DNA from: Torpedo marmorata
Lineage: Eukaryota
Direction: 5' to 3'
DNA: 64,000 nt
Assembly: GCA_977017645.1 (NCBI GenBank)
Contig: OZ360249.1
Location: 31,682,001 to 31,746,000, forward strand
Below the pieces are notes generated by a model. The model did no database searches, had not been told where the DNA came from, and worked only from the letters and a program-made list of their open reading frames with translations. This document shows, piece by piece, positions 1 through 12,879 of the stretch. How positions within the stretch are numbered: the first letter of the stretch is position 1; each line of letters opens with the position of its first letter. A program made the position numbers and the translations under genes.

Positions 1-144
1 AACATTAATAATTTTCATCATACTTAACTTACATAAATCTTTCCAATGATTTTCATCTATATTTACATTTAAATCTAATTCCCATTTTAATCTTGATTTA
101 TACAGTCCTATTTTAGGCATTTTCCTCTGAAACAATTTAGACAT
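1..144 (-). mobile_element. L1-clade LINE ORF2 fragment (continues beyond window start)
   Basis: Aligns by eye with 9710-9850 of the L1 copy at 8917-10439. Confidence 0.8.
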
Positions 145-364
145 GCATACTTCTCATCTGAAATTCTGAGAAGTTCTCATTGATGAATGAGTGCGGACAT
201 GGAAATTTACCTTGTCAATGCACCTGCCTGCAATGCCAATCTCATCAATATATATGATGCAAAGTCACCTGCCACCCAAAGTGTTCGAACCCTTGACTAC
301 CTACAAGTGCAGGTTCACCAATGAAACACCATTTCATGTTGCAACAGGAGTTGATTTAAGTGAG

Positions 365-1941
365 ATCAGAATCAGAATTTATTGTCATGAACAAGTCATG
401 AAATTCAGTGTTTTGCGGCAGCATCATAGTGCAAACATTCATATTATAACCATCTTACGACACTACTATATAAAAAAATATATAAATAATAGTGCACGAA
501 AAGTAAGGCAGTGTCTTTGGTTCATGGATTATTCAGGAATCTGATGGCAGCGGGGAAGAAGCTGGCCTTGTGCCGTTGAGTGCTTGTCTTTAGGCTCCTG
601 TACCTTTTACCCGATGGAAGCAGAGTGAAGAGGGCATGGCCTGGGTGGTGGGGGTCTTTGAGGATAGAGGCTGCTTTTTTAAGACACTGCCTCATGTAGA
701 TGTCCTCGATGGAGTGAAGTTTGGTGCCTGTGATGTCACAGGCCGAGTTAACAACCCTCTGGAGTTTACTCTTGTCCTGAGAGTTGGCGCCTCCATACCA
801 GGCAGTGATGCAACCAGCCAGAATGCTCTCCATGGTACACCTGTAGAAGTTTACGAGAGTCTTCAGTGACATACCGAATCTCCTCAGACACCTCAGAAAA
901 TATAGCTGCTGGTGAGCCTTCTTTGTGATTGTATCAACGTGGAGGCTCCAGGACAGAACCTCGGAGATATTGACACCCAGGAATTTGAAGTTCTGAACTA
1001 CTGAGCCCTCAATGAGGACTGGGTCGTGTTCCCCTGACATCCTCCTAAAGTCCACAATCATCTCCTTGGTTTTGCTGACGTTGAGCACAAGATTGTTGTC
1101 GTTACACCATTCAACGAGCTGATCTATCTCCCTCCTGTATGCTTCCTCATTGCCGTTTGTGATTCTGCCAACAACTGTGGTGTCATCGGCAAACTTGTAG
1201 ATGGCATTGGAATTGTGCCTGGCCACACAGTCATGGGTGTATAACGAGTAGAGCAGTGGGCTAAGCACACATCCTTGGGGTGCACCTGTGTTGATAATCA
1301 GTGAGGAGGAGACGTTGTTTCCAATTTGTACTGACTGTGGTCTTCCGATGAGAAAGTCAAGGATCCAGTTGCAGAGTGGGGTACAGGCCTAGAGTTTGTA
1401 GCTTCTTGACCAGCACTGAGGGAATAATGGTATTTAAGGCTGAGCTGTAGTCGACGAAGAGCAGCCGTATGTATGAATTGCTGTTTTCGAGGTGAGCCAG
1501 AGCTGAGTGGAGAGCCAGCGATATTGCATCTGCTGTGGAGCGATTGTGACGATGGACGAATTGTAGTGGGTCCAGATCTTTGCTTAGGTACGTGTTAATT
1601 CTGGCCATGACCAGCCTCTCAAAGCATTTCATCACAGTAGAAGTTAGTGCTACTGGGCGGTAGTCGTTGAGGCAGCTCACACTACTCTTCTTGGGTACCG
1701 GGATGATTGATGCCCTTTTGAAGCAGGTGGGAACGTCTGACTGCCACAATGAGAGGATGAAAATGTCCGTGAACACTCCGGTTAGTTGGTTGGCGCAGCT
1801 TTTCAGTACCCTGCCAGGTACGCCGTCAGGGCCTGACACCTTGCGAGGGTTCACCCTCTTGAATGATGTTCTGACGTCGCCCTCAGAGACAGATATGACG
1901 GGATCCTCAGCCTTTTCAGGGTTCAGATGCTGTTCATCAAG
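365..1941 (-). mobile_element. Rex1/Babar LINE, 5'-truncated, frameshifted RT
   Basis: ORFs 1357-1944 ([21 protein letters not shown]) and 522-1268 ([30 protein letters not shown]); 3' tail of (ATTCTG)n repeats. Confidence 0.9.
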
Positions 1942-1970
1942 CAATATATTTTGTCACAAGGCACTTACAG

Positions 1971-2214
1971 AATTTAAATTTAGGCATACAGCACGGTAAC
2001 AGGCCCTTTCGGCCCACGGCCCATGCCGCCCGATTACACCCAATTAACCTACACCCCTGGTATGTTTTGAAGGGTGGGAGGAAACCGTAGCGCCCAGAGG
2101 AAACACACGCAGACACGGGAGAACATACAAACTCCTTACAGACAGAGCTGGATTCAAACCCTGGTCACTGGCGCTGTAAAAGCGTTGTGCTAACTGCTAC
2201 GTTAACCGCGTTGC
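1971..2214 (-). mobile_element. HE1-like tRNA-derived V-SINE
   Basis: tRNA head with A/B boxes, V-domain (GTTCTCCCCGTGTCTGCGTG...GGTTTCCTCCCAC), CR1-like tail ending TAAATTTAAATT. Confidence 0.85.
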
Positions 2215-2892
2215 TAATATCATGGATTCAGTCATTGATGTGTGATAACTTAAACAACAAAATGTGAGGAGTTTTATCTGTCATCTGGGTACTTCTGACT
2301 GATAATTAGTGAACTATTTTGGAGTTAATAGTTGAGAGTGTGGAGAGCGCCACTTGGTTTGCATTGCGGACTGTGAAAAGCATCTCCCAACAAGGGAGTC
2401 CCTGGAAGATGAAACGTTGGAAGATGAAGCTTTTCATGTTAACCTAGGCATCTCTGAGTAGTCTTCATTGTCTTCCTGCTGCTCTTTAGGCTCTGCCTTA
2501 TGGATCTCATCCTCTGGGTCTCCGCTCTTCTCTTTTTTCAGCACTTTCTTCAGTGGAGCACACTACAACTAAGTCTCCACCTTGTTGTCATGCCTTGCAA
2601 GCAGCACCCATTCTGGAAACCAATGGCTCTTTCCACTCCCTTTCTGGTAGCAACACGCATTGTATCATTATTGGAGTTTGAATTAGAGTGAGCAGCCATT
2701 GAAGTAGATAGCCCTTGTAACCCAGGGCCCATCCCCCTGGAAATGCTAGCAGCTGAAAATATCTGACAGTGTTTCTCCCTCTGGATTGAGGAATCATGCG
2801 TGTGTCGAGGAAACATGGAATTGATCGATAGCTGCTGTCTGGAAAGATCCGACGGCCAGATGTATTTGAAAACCTGATGCAAATACATTGGT

Positions 2893-4038
2893 GGTAAAAC
2901 ACGAAAGTCTGCAGACACCGTGGTTGAAGTAAAAACACAATTCTGGAGAAAATCAGCTGATCAAACGGTGTACCTTAATTGCCAAGATAAATTTACATAA
3001 CCAACATTTCGGGCTTGAGCCCTTCATCGAGGTATGAAAAAATGTCGGCAGGCGCCAGAACAAAATGGTAGGGAGGGAGGGGCAGGGGGTGGAGCAAGGT
3101 CCCAAAGGCAGGAAGTAATAGGTGGATAAGGGAGTGAGGGCACAGCAGCAAGCAGGGGGATGAGGGATGGCTCTGTGAATGGAGAGTGAAGGGGGGGGGG
3201 AGAAAGCTGGAGGAAAGAAGACAAAGGGAAAGGGAAGGGAGGGAGAACAGAGTGTAGGCGAGCAGAAACCGGAGGTCGATGATAATGCCATCTGGTTGGT
3301 GAGTGCCCAGACAGAAAATCAAGTGTTGCTCCTCCAATTTACTCAGTGGGATCGTACATGAGGCCATGGACAGACATGTTAGCAAGTGAGTGGGGGGTGG
3401 AATTGAAGTGGTTGGCCACTGGGAGATCCCTGTCACTGATGCAGACAGAGCAAAGGTGCTCAGTGAAGCGATCTCCCAGTCTGCGCCCAGTCTCTCCGAT
3501 GTTGGGAAGGCCACAGAGGGAGCACCGGATGCAGTAGATAACTCCCGCGGATATACAAGTTGCTTCACTTGGAAGGACTGTTTGAGGCCCCGAATGGTGG
3601 TGAGGGAGGAGGTGTGGGCGCAAGTGCGGTACTTCCTGCGGCCACAGGGGAAGGTGCCAGGGGGTCGATTGGTGGGGAAGGATGAGTGGACAAGGAAGTC
3701 ACGGAGGGAGCAGTCCCTACGGAAGGCAGAGAGGGTAAGATGTGTCAAGTGGTGGGATCATGTTGAAGGTGGCGGAAATTACAGATGATAATGTGTTGGA
3801 TGGGGAGGCTAGTTGGGTGGTAGGTAAGGACAAGGGGAATCCTGGCTTTGTTAAGTCTGGGGGCAGAGGGGGCCAGGGCAGATGAGCGGGAAATGGAGGA
3901 GATGCGGGTGAGGGCTGAGTTGATGTTGGTGGAGGGGAAGCCACATTTGTGGAAGAAGGCGGACATTTCAGATGATCTGGTCTGGAAGACCTCTTCTTGG
4001 GAACAGATGGGGCGGAGACAGAAATATTACGAGAAGGG
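2893..4038 (-). mobile_element. Penelope-like element, 5'-truncated (GIY-YIG region plus hammerhead-bearing 3' end)
   Basis: GVIYCIRCSLCGLPNIGETGRRLGDRFTEH motif; 11-bp TSD AATACATTGGT at 2882-2892 and 4039-4049; hammerhead motif at about 2997-3036. Confidence 0.9.
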
Positions 4039-4690
4039 AATACATTGGTCATCAGACTGGTCTAGGTAGGACATGATGTCTCTGAGCCCTGCATTTTCTT
4101 ACATCAGCAACCACACTTTAAAGGAGCAGTTTACTGACCAGGAGCTCTATATATAACATTTCAATATAATTTTCTTATATTTTACAAGAACTAAAGTGTT
4201 CTCAAGATTGCCTGTACATCTCAGTAGACCAGCAGCAAGTTACAAGGGCTTTCTGTACAATCTCATGGTTAGCTTCATTTTCATATTGGACAGGTAAAGG
4301 CGTTTTATGCTTCATAGAGAATCTGAGAACAATAAAAACAGTAATGCTCATAATAAATCAAAAACAAAAATGTCCAACATAAAAATGCTAAATGATTCAT
4401 ATACATTTTGATTAAGAATGGTTATTATCTATTTAATTCCATGTATTTGAAAAACACTCAAATTTAATAATTGCTGGATGTTCAACAATTTTCAAAACAT
4501 ATTTGAAAAATCAGGTTAATATCATTAGTGAATTCACATTCCTAGAACAGTCTTTAAAGATTTGTCAGTAATGATTAAGTCTAACAATAATTGGTAATCA
4601 AGATACACATGAGCAATAGATAGGTATTCACTCAAGCCAAAATTATATATAATAAAATATTTGCATAGAACAATAATATATTTTTTTAAA

Positions 4691-4949
4691 AATAAAATTT
4701 AGACATACACCACAGTAACAGTCCATTTCGGCCCTCGAGTCCGTGCCGCCCAATTTACACCCCGTCAACCTACACCCCCGGTACGTTTTGAATGGTGGGA
4801 GGAAACCGGAGCCCCCGGGGAAAACCCACGCAGACATGGGGAGAACGTACAAACTCCTTACAGACAGCGAGGGATTCGAACCCTGGTCCGGTCCCAATCG
4901 CTGGCACTGTAAAGGCGTTGCGCTAACCACTACGCCAACCGTGCCTCCC
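4691..4949 (-). mobile_element. HE1-like V-SINE
   Basis: Full-length match to the other SINE copies. Confidence 0.85.
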
Positions 4950-5294
4950 TATAATTATTATAAAACAAAATTAATACATTGCATGACTGTCAGTGCCTTT
5001 ATAAATGCATTGTCAACTATTCAGTTTTCTAATAATGTTTAGAAATATATCATAAGATGGAAAACATTACATAATTTCAAATGAAATATATTTATTTTCA
5101 CTAACTTTGGTTAATACAAACTATAAATATCATGAAAAGTACATCAAACATAACATTAACATGTTCTTTCCCCTGAGGATCTGCAATGAACTGCATCACA
5201 GTACAAAAGGAATAGGAAATGTCGACTAATTGTCATTGATTTGATAGATTTAAATTTAAATTTTAAAATTTAAATAACATTTTAAATTTAGACA

Positions 5295-6161
5295 AGTAAA
5301 AAACACAAATGCTGGAGAACTCAGCAGGTCAAACAGTGTCTTTTATGTAGCAAAGGTAGAAATACATAACTGACGTTTCAGGCTTGAGCCCTTCTTCAAA
5401 GTATGAGAAAATGCCGGCAGACGTCCGAACAAAGGAGTGAGGGGGGAAGGGTGGGTGGGAAAGGCAGAAGATAATAGGTGGAGACAGGAGGGAGGGGACA
5501 GTAGCAAAGAGGGGGAGGAGGGATGGCTGGGTAGCTGGAGAAACACAGGAAGGACAGGTGAGGGGGGAGGGGAAGGGAACAACAAGCAGGTTTAGTGGAA
5601 AGCAGAAAAGTCAATGTTAATTCCATCTGGCTGGAGAGTGCCGAGACGGAATATGAGATGTTGTTCCTCCAGTTTGCGGGTAGTCTTGGTGGGATAGTAC
5701 ATGAGGCCATGGACAGACATGTGAGTGTGGGAGTGTGACCCAGAATTGAAATGGTTGGCCACTGGGAGGTCGCTGTTGTTGCGAACCGAGCGGAGGTGCT
5801 GAGCGAAGCGATCTCCCAATCTACGACCGGTCTCTCCAATGTATAGAAAGCCAAAAAGGGAGCACCGGATGCAGTAAATAAGTCCTCTGGATGTACAAGT
5901 GAAGTGTTGCTTCACTTGGAAGGCCTGTTTGGGGCCCTGGACCGTGGTGAGGGGGGACGTGTGGGCGCAGGTGTTGCACCTCCTGCGGGCACAGGGGAAG
6001 GTTCCGGGGGTGCGATGGGTGGGGAGGGACGAGTGCACGAGTGAATCACGGAGGGAGCGGTCCCTACGGAAGGCCGAGAGGGGAGGAGAAGGAAAAATGT
6101 GTCTGGTGGTGGGATCCTGCAGCAAGTGCCGGAAATTCCGACGGATAATGTGTTGGATGCG
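5295..6161 (-). mobile_element. Penelope-like element, 5'-truncated, inserted into a SINE tail
   Basis: ORF 5592-6170 with GLIYCIRC...YIGETGRRLGDRFAQH; TSD TTTAGACA at 5287-5294 and 6162-6169; hammerhead motif at about 5366-5405. Confidence 0.9.
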
Positions 6162-6399
6162 TTTAGACATTCAGCACGGTAACCGGCCCTTCTGGTCCAC
6201 GAGCCCGTGCCACCCAAATACACCCAATTAACCTGCAACCCCCCGTACGTTTTGAAGGGTGGGAGGAAACCAGAGCACCCGGAGGAATCCCACGCAGGCA
6301 TGGGGAGAACGTACAAACTCCTTACACACAGCGCCGGATTCTAACCCGAGTCGCTGGCACTGTAATAGTGTTGCGCTAACCCCTATGCTAACCGTGTTG
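6162..6399 (-). mobile_element. HE1-like V-SINE (AT-rich tail displaced to about 5249-5294)
   Basis: SINE head and V-domain; the tail resumes on the other side of the Penelope insertion. Confidence 0.85.
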
Positions 6400-6516
6400 T
6401 CTCAGATGACAGAACATTCTGAACAATTTCATTTCCAGTGGTAGGTTTGTAAACACAATGTGGACCTTATTCAATTTTATTTTCATCCATACATTACTCG
6501 CTATTTTTTTGTCAAT

Positions 6517-6928
6517 GACACAAACCAGCCTTCCATCCATTGACACTTCTCGCTGCCTCAGGAAAGCAGCCAACATAATAAAGGTCTTATCACACCCGGG
6601 TCATACTCTTCTCTCTTCTCCCATTGGGCAGAAGATATTACAGTTTGAAGATGTACTGCCAGATTCAAGGACAGCTTCTTTCATGCTGTTTTCAGACTCT
6701 TGAACGGATCTCTCATACGTAACAGATGATCTCTTTATCTCACAGCTACCTCATTGTGGCTGTACTATTTTAACTGCACTTTTCTCTGTAACTTATGTTC
6801 TTCACTTCTGTTTTATTTTCCAATACCTGTTGTATAAATGTATGGGTTGAATTGTCTGGATAGCATGTGAAACAGTTTTTCACTGTACTTAGTACATGGA
6901 CAATAATAAACAATTGAATTCAATTCAG
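6517..6928 (+). mobile_element. Older Rex1/Babar-type LINE 3' fragment
   Basis: Translates as RCLRKAANIIKVLSHPGHTLLS, matching the Rex1 C-terminus seen at 522-700; AATAAA and short repeat tail. Confidence 0.7.
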
Positions 6929-7097
6929 TCTGGACAAAATGCATGGACGTAAGGCACAGTAGGTATGATACTAGAATTATGAATACTTAAACTTTTGTGG
7001 GGATTGGTAGATGGATTTTAAAATACACTAATAAAGGAAGCTCATGATGGCAAATAACATTTCAGTTCTCCTGAGTATTTTAAAAATGGGTAACTTA

Positions 7098-8230
7098 AAG
7101 GAAAATCATGCCTGACAAACCTATTGCAATTTTTTGAAGAGATCACAAGTAGAATAGACAGGGGAGATGCAGTGGATGTTGTGTATATGGACTTTCAAAA
7201 TGCCTTCGACAAGCTGCCACACCTGAGGCTGCTAAACAAGATGAGAGCCCATGGAATTACAGGAAGGATACTAGCATGGGTAGAGCATTGGCTGAGCGGT
7301 GTTCCACAGGGGTCGTGTTGGGGTCGCTTCTTTTTACACTGTATATAAATGATTTGGATTATGAAATAGATGGGTTTGTGGCTTAATTTGCAGATGATAC
7401 CAAAATAGGGGGTAGATACAGGAAGGCTGCAGAGAGACTTGGATAGATCAGAAGAATGGGAAAAGAGATAGCAGATGAAATATAATGTTGGAAAGTGTAC
7501 GGTCATACACTTTGGTAGAAGAAATAGGTGGGCAGACTATTATTTAGATAGGGAGAAAATTCCAAATTCCGAGGTGCAAAGTTACTTGGGAGTCCTCGTG
7601 CAGGATACCCTAAAGGTTAACCTCCAGGTTGAGTCGGGATGTAATGTTGAGACTCTATAAAGCTCTGGTGAGATTTCACTTGGAGTACTGTGTACAATTT
7701 TGGGCACCTTATTTGAGAAAAGACGTGCTGGCGTTGGAGAGGGTTCAGAGAAGATCTACTAGAATGATACCAGGAATGAAAGGGTTAGCATATGTGGAAC
7801 AATTATCAGCTCTTGGACTGCACTCGTTGGAGTACAGAAGGATGAGGGGGAACCTCAGAGGCATAATGCTGAAAGGCCTGGATAGAGTAGATGTGGCAAG
7901 GATGTTTCCCATGATAGGGGATACGAGGACAAGAGGGCATGACTTCAGGATAAAAGGGCATCAATTTAAAACAGAGATGTGTAAAAATTTCTTTAGTCAG
8001 AGGGTCGTGAGTCTGTGGAACTTGTTGCCACAGGCGGCTGTGGAAGCAAGGTCGATGGGTGTATTTAAGGCAGAGATTGACAGGAATTTGATTAGTCAGG
8101 TCATCAAGGGTTTCGGGGAGAAAGCCGGGGTTGAGGCTGAGTGGGTGGATGGATCAGCTCATGATTAGAATGGCGGAGCAGACTCGATGGGCTAATGGGC
8201 CTACTTCTGCTCCTAGATCTTGTGATCTTG
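7098..8230 (+). mobile_element. CR1-clade LINE, internally deleted RT and 3' end
   Basis: VDVVYMDFQNAFDKLPH, SGVPQGS, HLEYCVQFWAPYLRKD, FFSQRVVSLWN; tail GGCCTACTTCTGCTCCTA(TCTTGTGA)n. Confidence 0.9.
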
Positions 8231-8916
8231 AACTTTCCAAACATGTTGTAACATGATACTGTTATGGACCATGACTGACAGTTTGGACTGCGGACGGTAA
8301 GCAGGAAGGATGAAGTCTTTTGGAGTATACACTGGGACCTGGTACTGAAAGAGTTAACTTGCCCAGGACTTCTTGTATTTACCAGAGAGAGACATCAGGG
8401 GGAGACAAACTGTGGAAAGGACACTTGGTGTAAAACTTTGGACAAAGAGCAGGCTGGAGAGAGTTTCTCTCTATTGTAAGGCCTAAATTGAAAAATTAAC
8501 TCAGTGGAAGTTTTGGAGTTGAAAAGGCGGGAGAACTCAGTAGGATCCAGGCCTGTGCATCCCAGAGAAGAAGTGGGGAGAATAGCACAGAGTCTCTTGA
8601 ATCAGAAAAGTCCAGGCTTGTACATCCCAGAGAGAAAAGGCTGGGAGAAAAACAAGGCCTGATGATTCGGCAGAATCCTGAGTTGTGAAAACAGCTTTTG
8701 TGAGGAACCGGCTGTGAAATCCAAGTATACGCCTTAATCCAAAACGGATTTGAAGTCGCAATCCTTATGAAAACACAAGAAGGGAACGTCATCAGAGAAG
8801 AAAAGCAAGCCAAGTATTCGTGAGCATAAACAGTCATTGTCTCTCTCCAATGTTCATTCAGAAGTACTTCTACCAGCACACAGAGCTGAATTTGGAACCT
8901 GAACTTAGTGAGTGAA

Positions 8917-10439
8917 TTTTTTTTTTTTTTAAATATTTTATTTAAATTTTAAAATCACAAAATACATAGATCGAAAATAATATATCATTCCAAATACATG
9001 TGATATATTTCCTCCCTCCCTCCCACCCTCCCCTCCCCAACCCCCCCACCACTACTCTAAAGAGAAAAAAAAATTTAGTAACAAAGAGAAAAAAAAAAGA
9101 ATAAAAAGAAAAGAGTTGAATAATAAAGAATTAAAGTGAGGAGAAAACAAACTACAAACTAATTCTATTTATATATTGGAGGTTAATTTCGCCAGCGGAG
9201 CCGACTTCCAGAGAATTAATTCATACCCATAATTCTCATATATGGGCTCCAAATTTTCAAAAAGAAATGATATTTATTACGTAGATTGTACGTAATCTTT
9301 TCTAATGGTATACATGAACGTAATTCTGCATGCAATCTATCTCAATTCAAATCTAAATCTGATTTCCAAGTAATAGCAATACATTTTTTTGAAACCGCTA
9401 AAACAATTCGTAAAAATTCTATTTGATACATATTCAATCTATTTCTAATACCAAATTTTTTTATATCTCCAAATAAATATAACATAGGATCCATTGGAAA
9501 CATAATATTAAAAATTCTATCTAAAAAATCTTTAACTTTAGACCAAAAATCCTTAATTTTAGAACATAACCATGTTGAATGAACAAAAGAACCAATTTCA
9601 TCCTTGCATCTAAAACACATATCTGATAATGCCGGATTAAATTTCTTTAATTTTTTAGGTGTTAAATATAATTGATGGAAAAAATTATATTGTACTAATC
9701 TGTACCTAACATTAATAATTTTAGTCATACTCAATTTACATAAATCTTTCCAATGTTTTTCATCTATACTAATATTTAAATCTGATTCCCATTTTAATCT
9801 TGATTTATGGAATCCTACTTTAGGCATTTTTCTCTGAAGTAATTTATACATTTGTGATATAAATTTATTAACATTTCCATTAGTAATTAATAATTCTAAT
9901 CCATCCTGTCTTGGAGCTATTAATTGATTCCCCAATTTCTCAACTAAAAATCCTTTAACCTGATAATAAGCTAAAATTGTATTATCTAATATTCCAAATT
10001 TTTCTTTCAATCTGGAAAATGTAACAAATCTTCCAGCCTCAAAACAATCTTTAATCTTCTTAATTCCTTTTTGAAACCATATTTTTAAAAATTGATTATC
10101 AATAGAAAATGGTAAAAATAGATTTTGATACAGTGGCATATTTGGAGATAATGACCCTTTTCGTCCTATCTCATTATCTAACTGTGTCCAAATTTCCAAC
10201 AAATGTTTAATAATCGGTGAATTTTTCTTTTTAACTAATAATAGTTTAGAATTCCATTTATAAATAATATCTTCTTTATATCTCTCCCCTATATTATTCA
10301 ATTCTATATTAATCCAAGCAGTAGATTTAGTTAAATCAAAAAATTAATTAATAAACTTTAATTGAGCTGCCTTATAGTAATATTGAAAATTGGGGAGTTG
10401 TAATCCACCCATCTCATAATTCCAAGTTAATTTATCCAT
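8917..10439 (-). mobile_element. L1-clade LINE, 5'-truncated (ORF2 C-terminus, G-rich 3' UTR, poly-A)
   Basis: ORF 9342-10301 with CCHC knuckle CFRC..HSTWLC and upstream GGLQLPNF; poly-T at 8917-8930; TSD ACTTAGTGAGTGAA at 8903-8916 and 10440-10453. Confidence 0.9.
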
Positions 10440-10578
10440 ACTTAGTGAGTGAATTTTTGTGGACTGTATTATTTTTTTTTTTTGACTGACTTGTTTTTAT
10501 GACTAACCTGGGGTTTTTGGGGAAAGTTTTTCCATTTTTACATGTGGGTTTGGCACAGACTGTAATGGTCTGGGCTTT

Positions 10579-10601
10579 ACACACACACACACACACACAC
10601 A
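10579..10601. repeat. (AC)n microsatellite within the LTR
   Basis: Perfect dinucleotide run. Confidence 0.9.
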
Positions 10602-11149
10602 TCTTTTAGATAAGAATAGTGTTTATAGACGTTTATAGTGGGGTTAATTGTTGTGAAATTATATGTTTAATTGTATTTAATAAATATAAATTTCAATTTT
10701 ACCCCTTTTGCATTGCGTCTTCTGTCGTTGCTGGTTTGAATTTGTAACAATACTGTTGAAAGTTTGTGTCAAATTTACTAATTATGTGTCTGTATTAATT
10801 TACAAACTCCACTGAGCTTATCGAGAAAACTTCTACCTTCAAATGTGATTATAAGATATTTCGGAAGAAATGATTTTTCACTGCTGCTATTATGTACAAT
10901 CAAAGGCAGGTAACATTTTGGCTCATACTTTCATTGCAGCACAAATAATCAATCATCATGTAGCACACGTGTAAAATAGAAGCCAAAGTTTATCCAGCTA
11001 CTGTTGATGCCATTGCCTTGGAAAGTTTAATTCATTAATAATCTGACTTTGGAGTTTTCCGCCAATATTGCCCCTTTCCAAGAACAAATGTTCTTGATTA
11101 AGAATGATCAAAGTCATAAGCTCGTAATGCGAGCCATCCCAAAATTAAG

Positions 11150-11326
11150 ATAAATAACAGAAAATTTCTGGAGAAACTCAGCAGGTCCCATAGCGTCTAT
11201 ACCTTGATGAAGGATTCAGGCCCAAAACGTTGGTTACATATCTTTGCCTCCTATGGACACTGACTTTCTCCGCCAATTTTGTGTATTTACTACAATCACA
11301 GCATTTGCAGACTTTCTCAATTCACT
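11150..11326 (+). mobile_element. Penelope-derived hammerhead mini-element with inverted 5' arm
   Basis: TSD CCAAAATTAAG at 11139-11149 and 11327-11337; TTGATGAAGGATTCAGGCCCAAAACGTTGG; 5' arm is the reverse complement of the tail. Confidence 0.75.
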
Positions 11327-11988
11327 CCAAAATTAAGGTGCATTTTTAAAAGTTGTAACTGCAATTTACTTGATTCAAATACCACATGGGGATCATGAAA
11401 AAAGCTGAGAAAGATAGCTCCTGAGAAATTTTGCTCCTCCGATAAGTTGGCTCTTCTGCTCAATATTCTTCCACTGACAGATTGGCTGAAATCTAGAGCT
11501 CACTTTGAGGGGGAATGTTGGTAATTTTTTTTTTACAATTAATGCTGAAATGCACATCAGAATGAAGTATTATCATGAAATCTGGCCTGCATTTCATTTT
11601 TCTCTTTCTAATTGTTTAATGTAGATTTATTTTCGTTCCAAATTCACGTACGTTGTGGTTTGAAGGAATGCTATGGAATTCCACACCTTCAAAAGACCAC
11701 CTAAGTAGGCTGCAGAACTGTGTTGGCACATTTGCTTCAGTATGAAGATGGAAATTGCCCCAGTAACGGCAATAACATCAAAATATCAAGATGTGTATAG
11801 CCATTTTCCTACTTTCCCAAGGAGTGCTGTCCCGCCTAATCCCACCCCTTGTGGCATGGGTCAGTCGCCTGATCTTCCACATTCACTGCTCCATGCTTTA
11901 TTTTGCCACTTGAGCATTGCAGGGTCAGTGGTTTCTCAAGTATATCAGATTGAGCCACCATCAACACACCCTGTTGGTTCATCTAAAT

Positions 11989-12363
11989 CAGTGGTTTTCA
12001 AACTGCCCCCTAAACTCACATTCCACCTTAAGTAATCCCTATGCCATAAGTGCTCTGTGATTGGTAAGGGATTGCTTAAAGTGGTATGTGAGTGGAAAGG
12101 GAAGGTTGAGAACAACTGCTATAGACCCAATTGTTACTGAAATATTTTGCTTGAGAAAAATTGTCATTGGCCCATTTCCTTTGGAGTTATGAAACCGTGC
12201 ACATAACGAGTCAATTAGGTACGATTAAAACAGTGGTTTTCAAACTTTTTTCTTTCCACTCACATACCACCTTAAGCAATCCCTTACTAATCACAGAGCA
12301 CTTATGGCATAGGGATTGTTGAAGGTGGAATGTGAGTTTAGGGGGGCAGTTTGAAAACTACTG
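11989..12363. mobile_element. hAT (Charlie-type) MITE, composite of two inverted units of about 130 bp
   Basis: TIR CAGTGGTTTTCAAAC / GTTTGAAAACTACTG; perfect 8-bp TSD ATCTAAAT at 11981-11988 and 12364-12371. Confidence 0.9.
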
Positions 12364-12879
12364 ATCTAAATGTTAAGCAAAGACTCTGTTCATTTGCAGA
12401 TGATTTATTGTTCTGTTAAGTTTTCTAGATTGTGACTTGCTTGTTAGTTTCATCTCCAAGAACCACTCAGTATTGTGGGTTAAAAAATATTTTACGACAA
12501 AAAATGTTTAATATCTGTTACAAAATAAAATCAGCACACACCCATATTGCAAATTTTATAAGCAGTTTGTCTATACCTGTGAGGTAGAAATTAGATTGTT
12601 GCAATGGTGGATGGTGAAAATGGTAAACTTTATCCTTGAAAGAAGTTGGGAAAGACTGGATATTTGTGTCAGGATTTCATTTCCAATCAGGTGAGAGTGA
12701 CACCATTCAGCCATGTCTGACATCTCATCAGTGCTCACCTCAACATGCCTGACTGGCTTAATGTGAATCCACCATTTTCTACTTGGATGATTCTGCTGGT
12801 GCACCGAAAAGAAGGTTTTAGTCAACTTTTATCAAGCACATAACAACAGCAAATGCTCCGAGATATCACAAAATCTCCA

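Larger units (their letters stand above)
8260..10749 (+). mobile_element. Solo LTR (Gypsy-like, about 950 bp) interrupted by an L1
   Basis: Begins TGTTA and ends TAACA; 4-bp TSD ATAC at 8256-8259 and 10750-10753; 3' part ((AC)n, ATAGTGGGGTT, AATAAA) resembles the 3' part of the LTR at 37499-40268. Confidence 0.8.
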
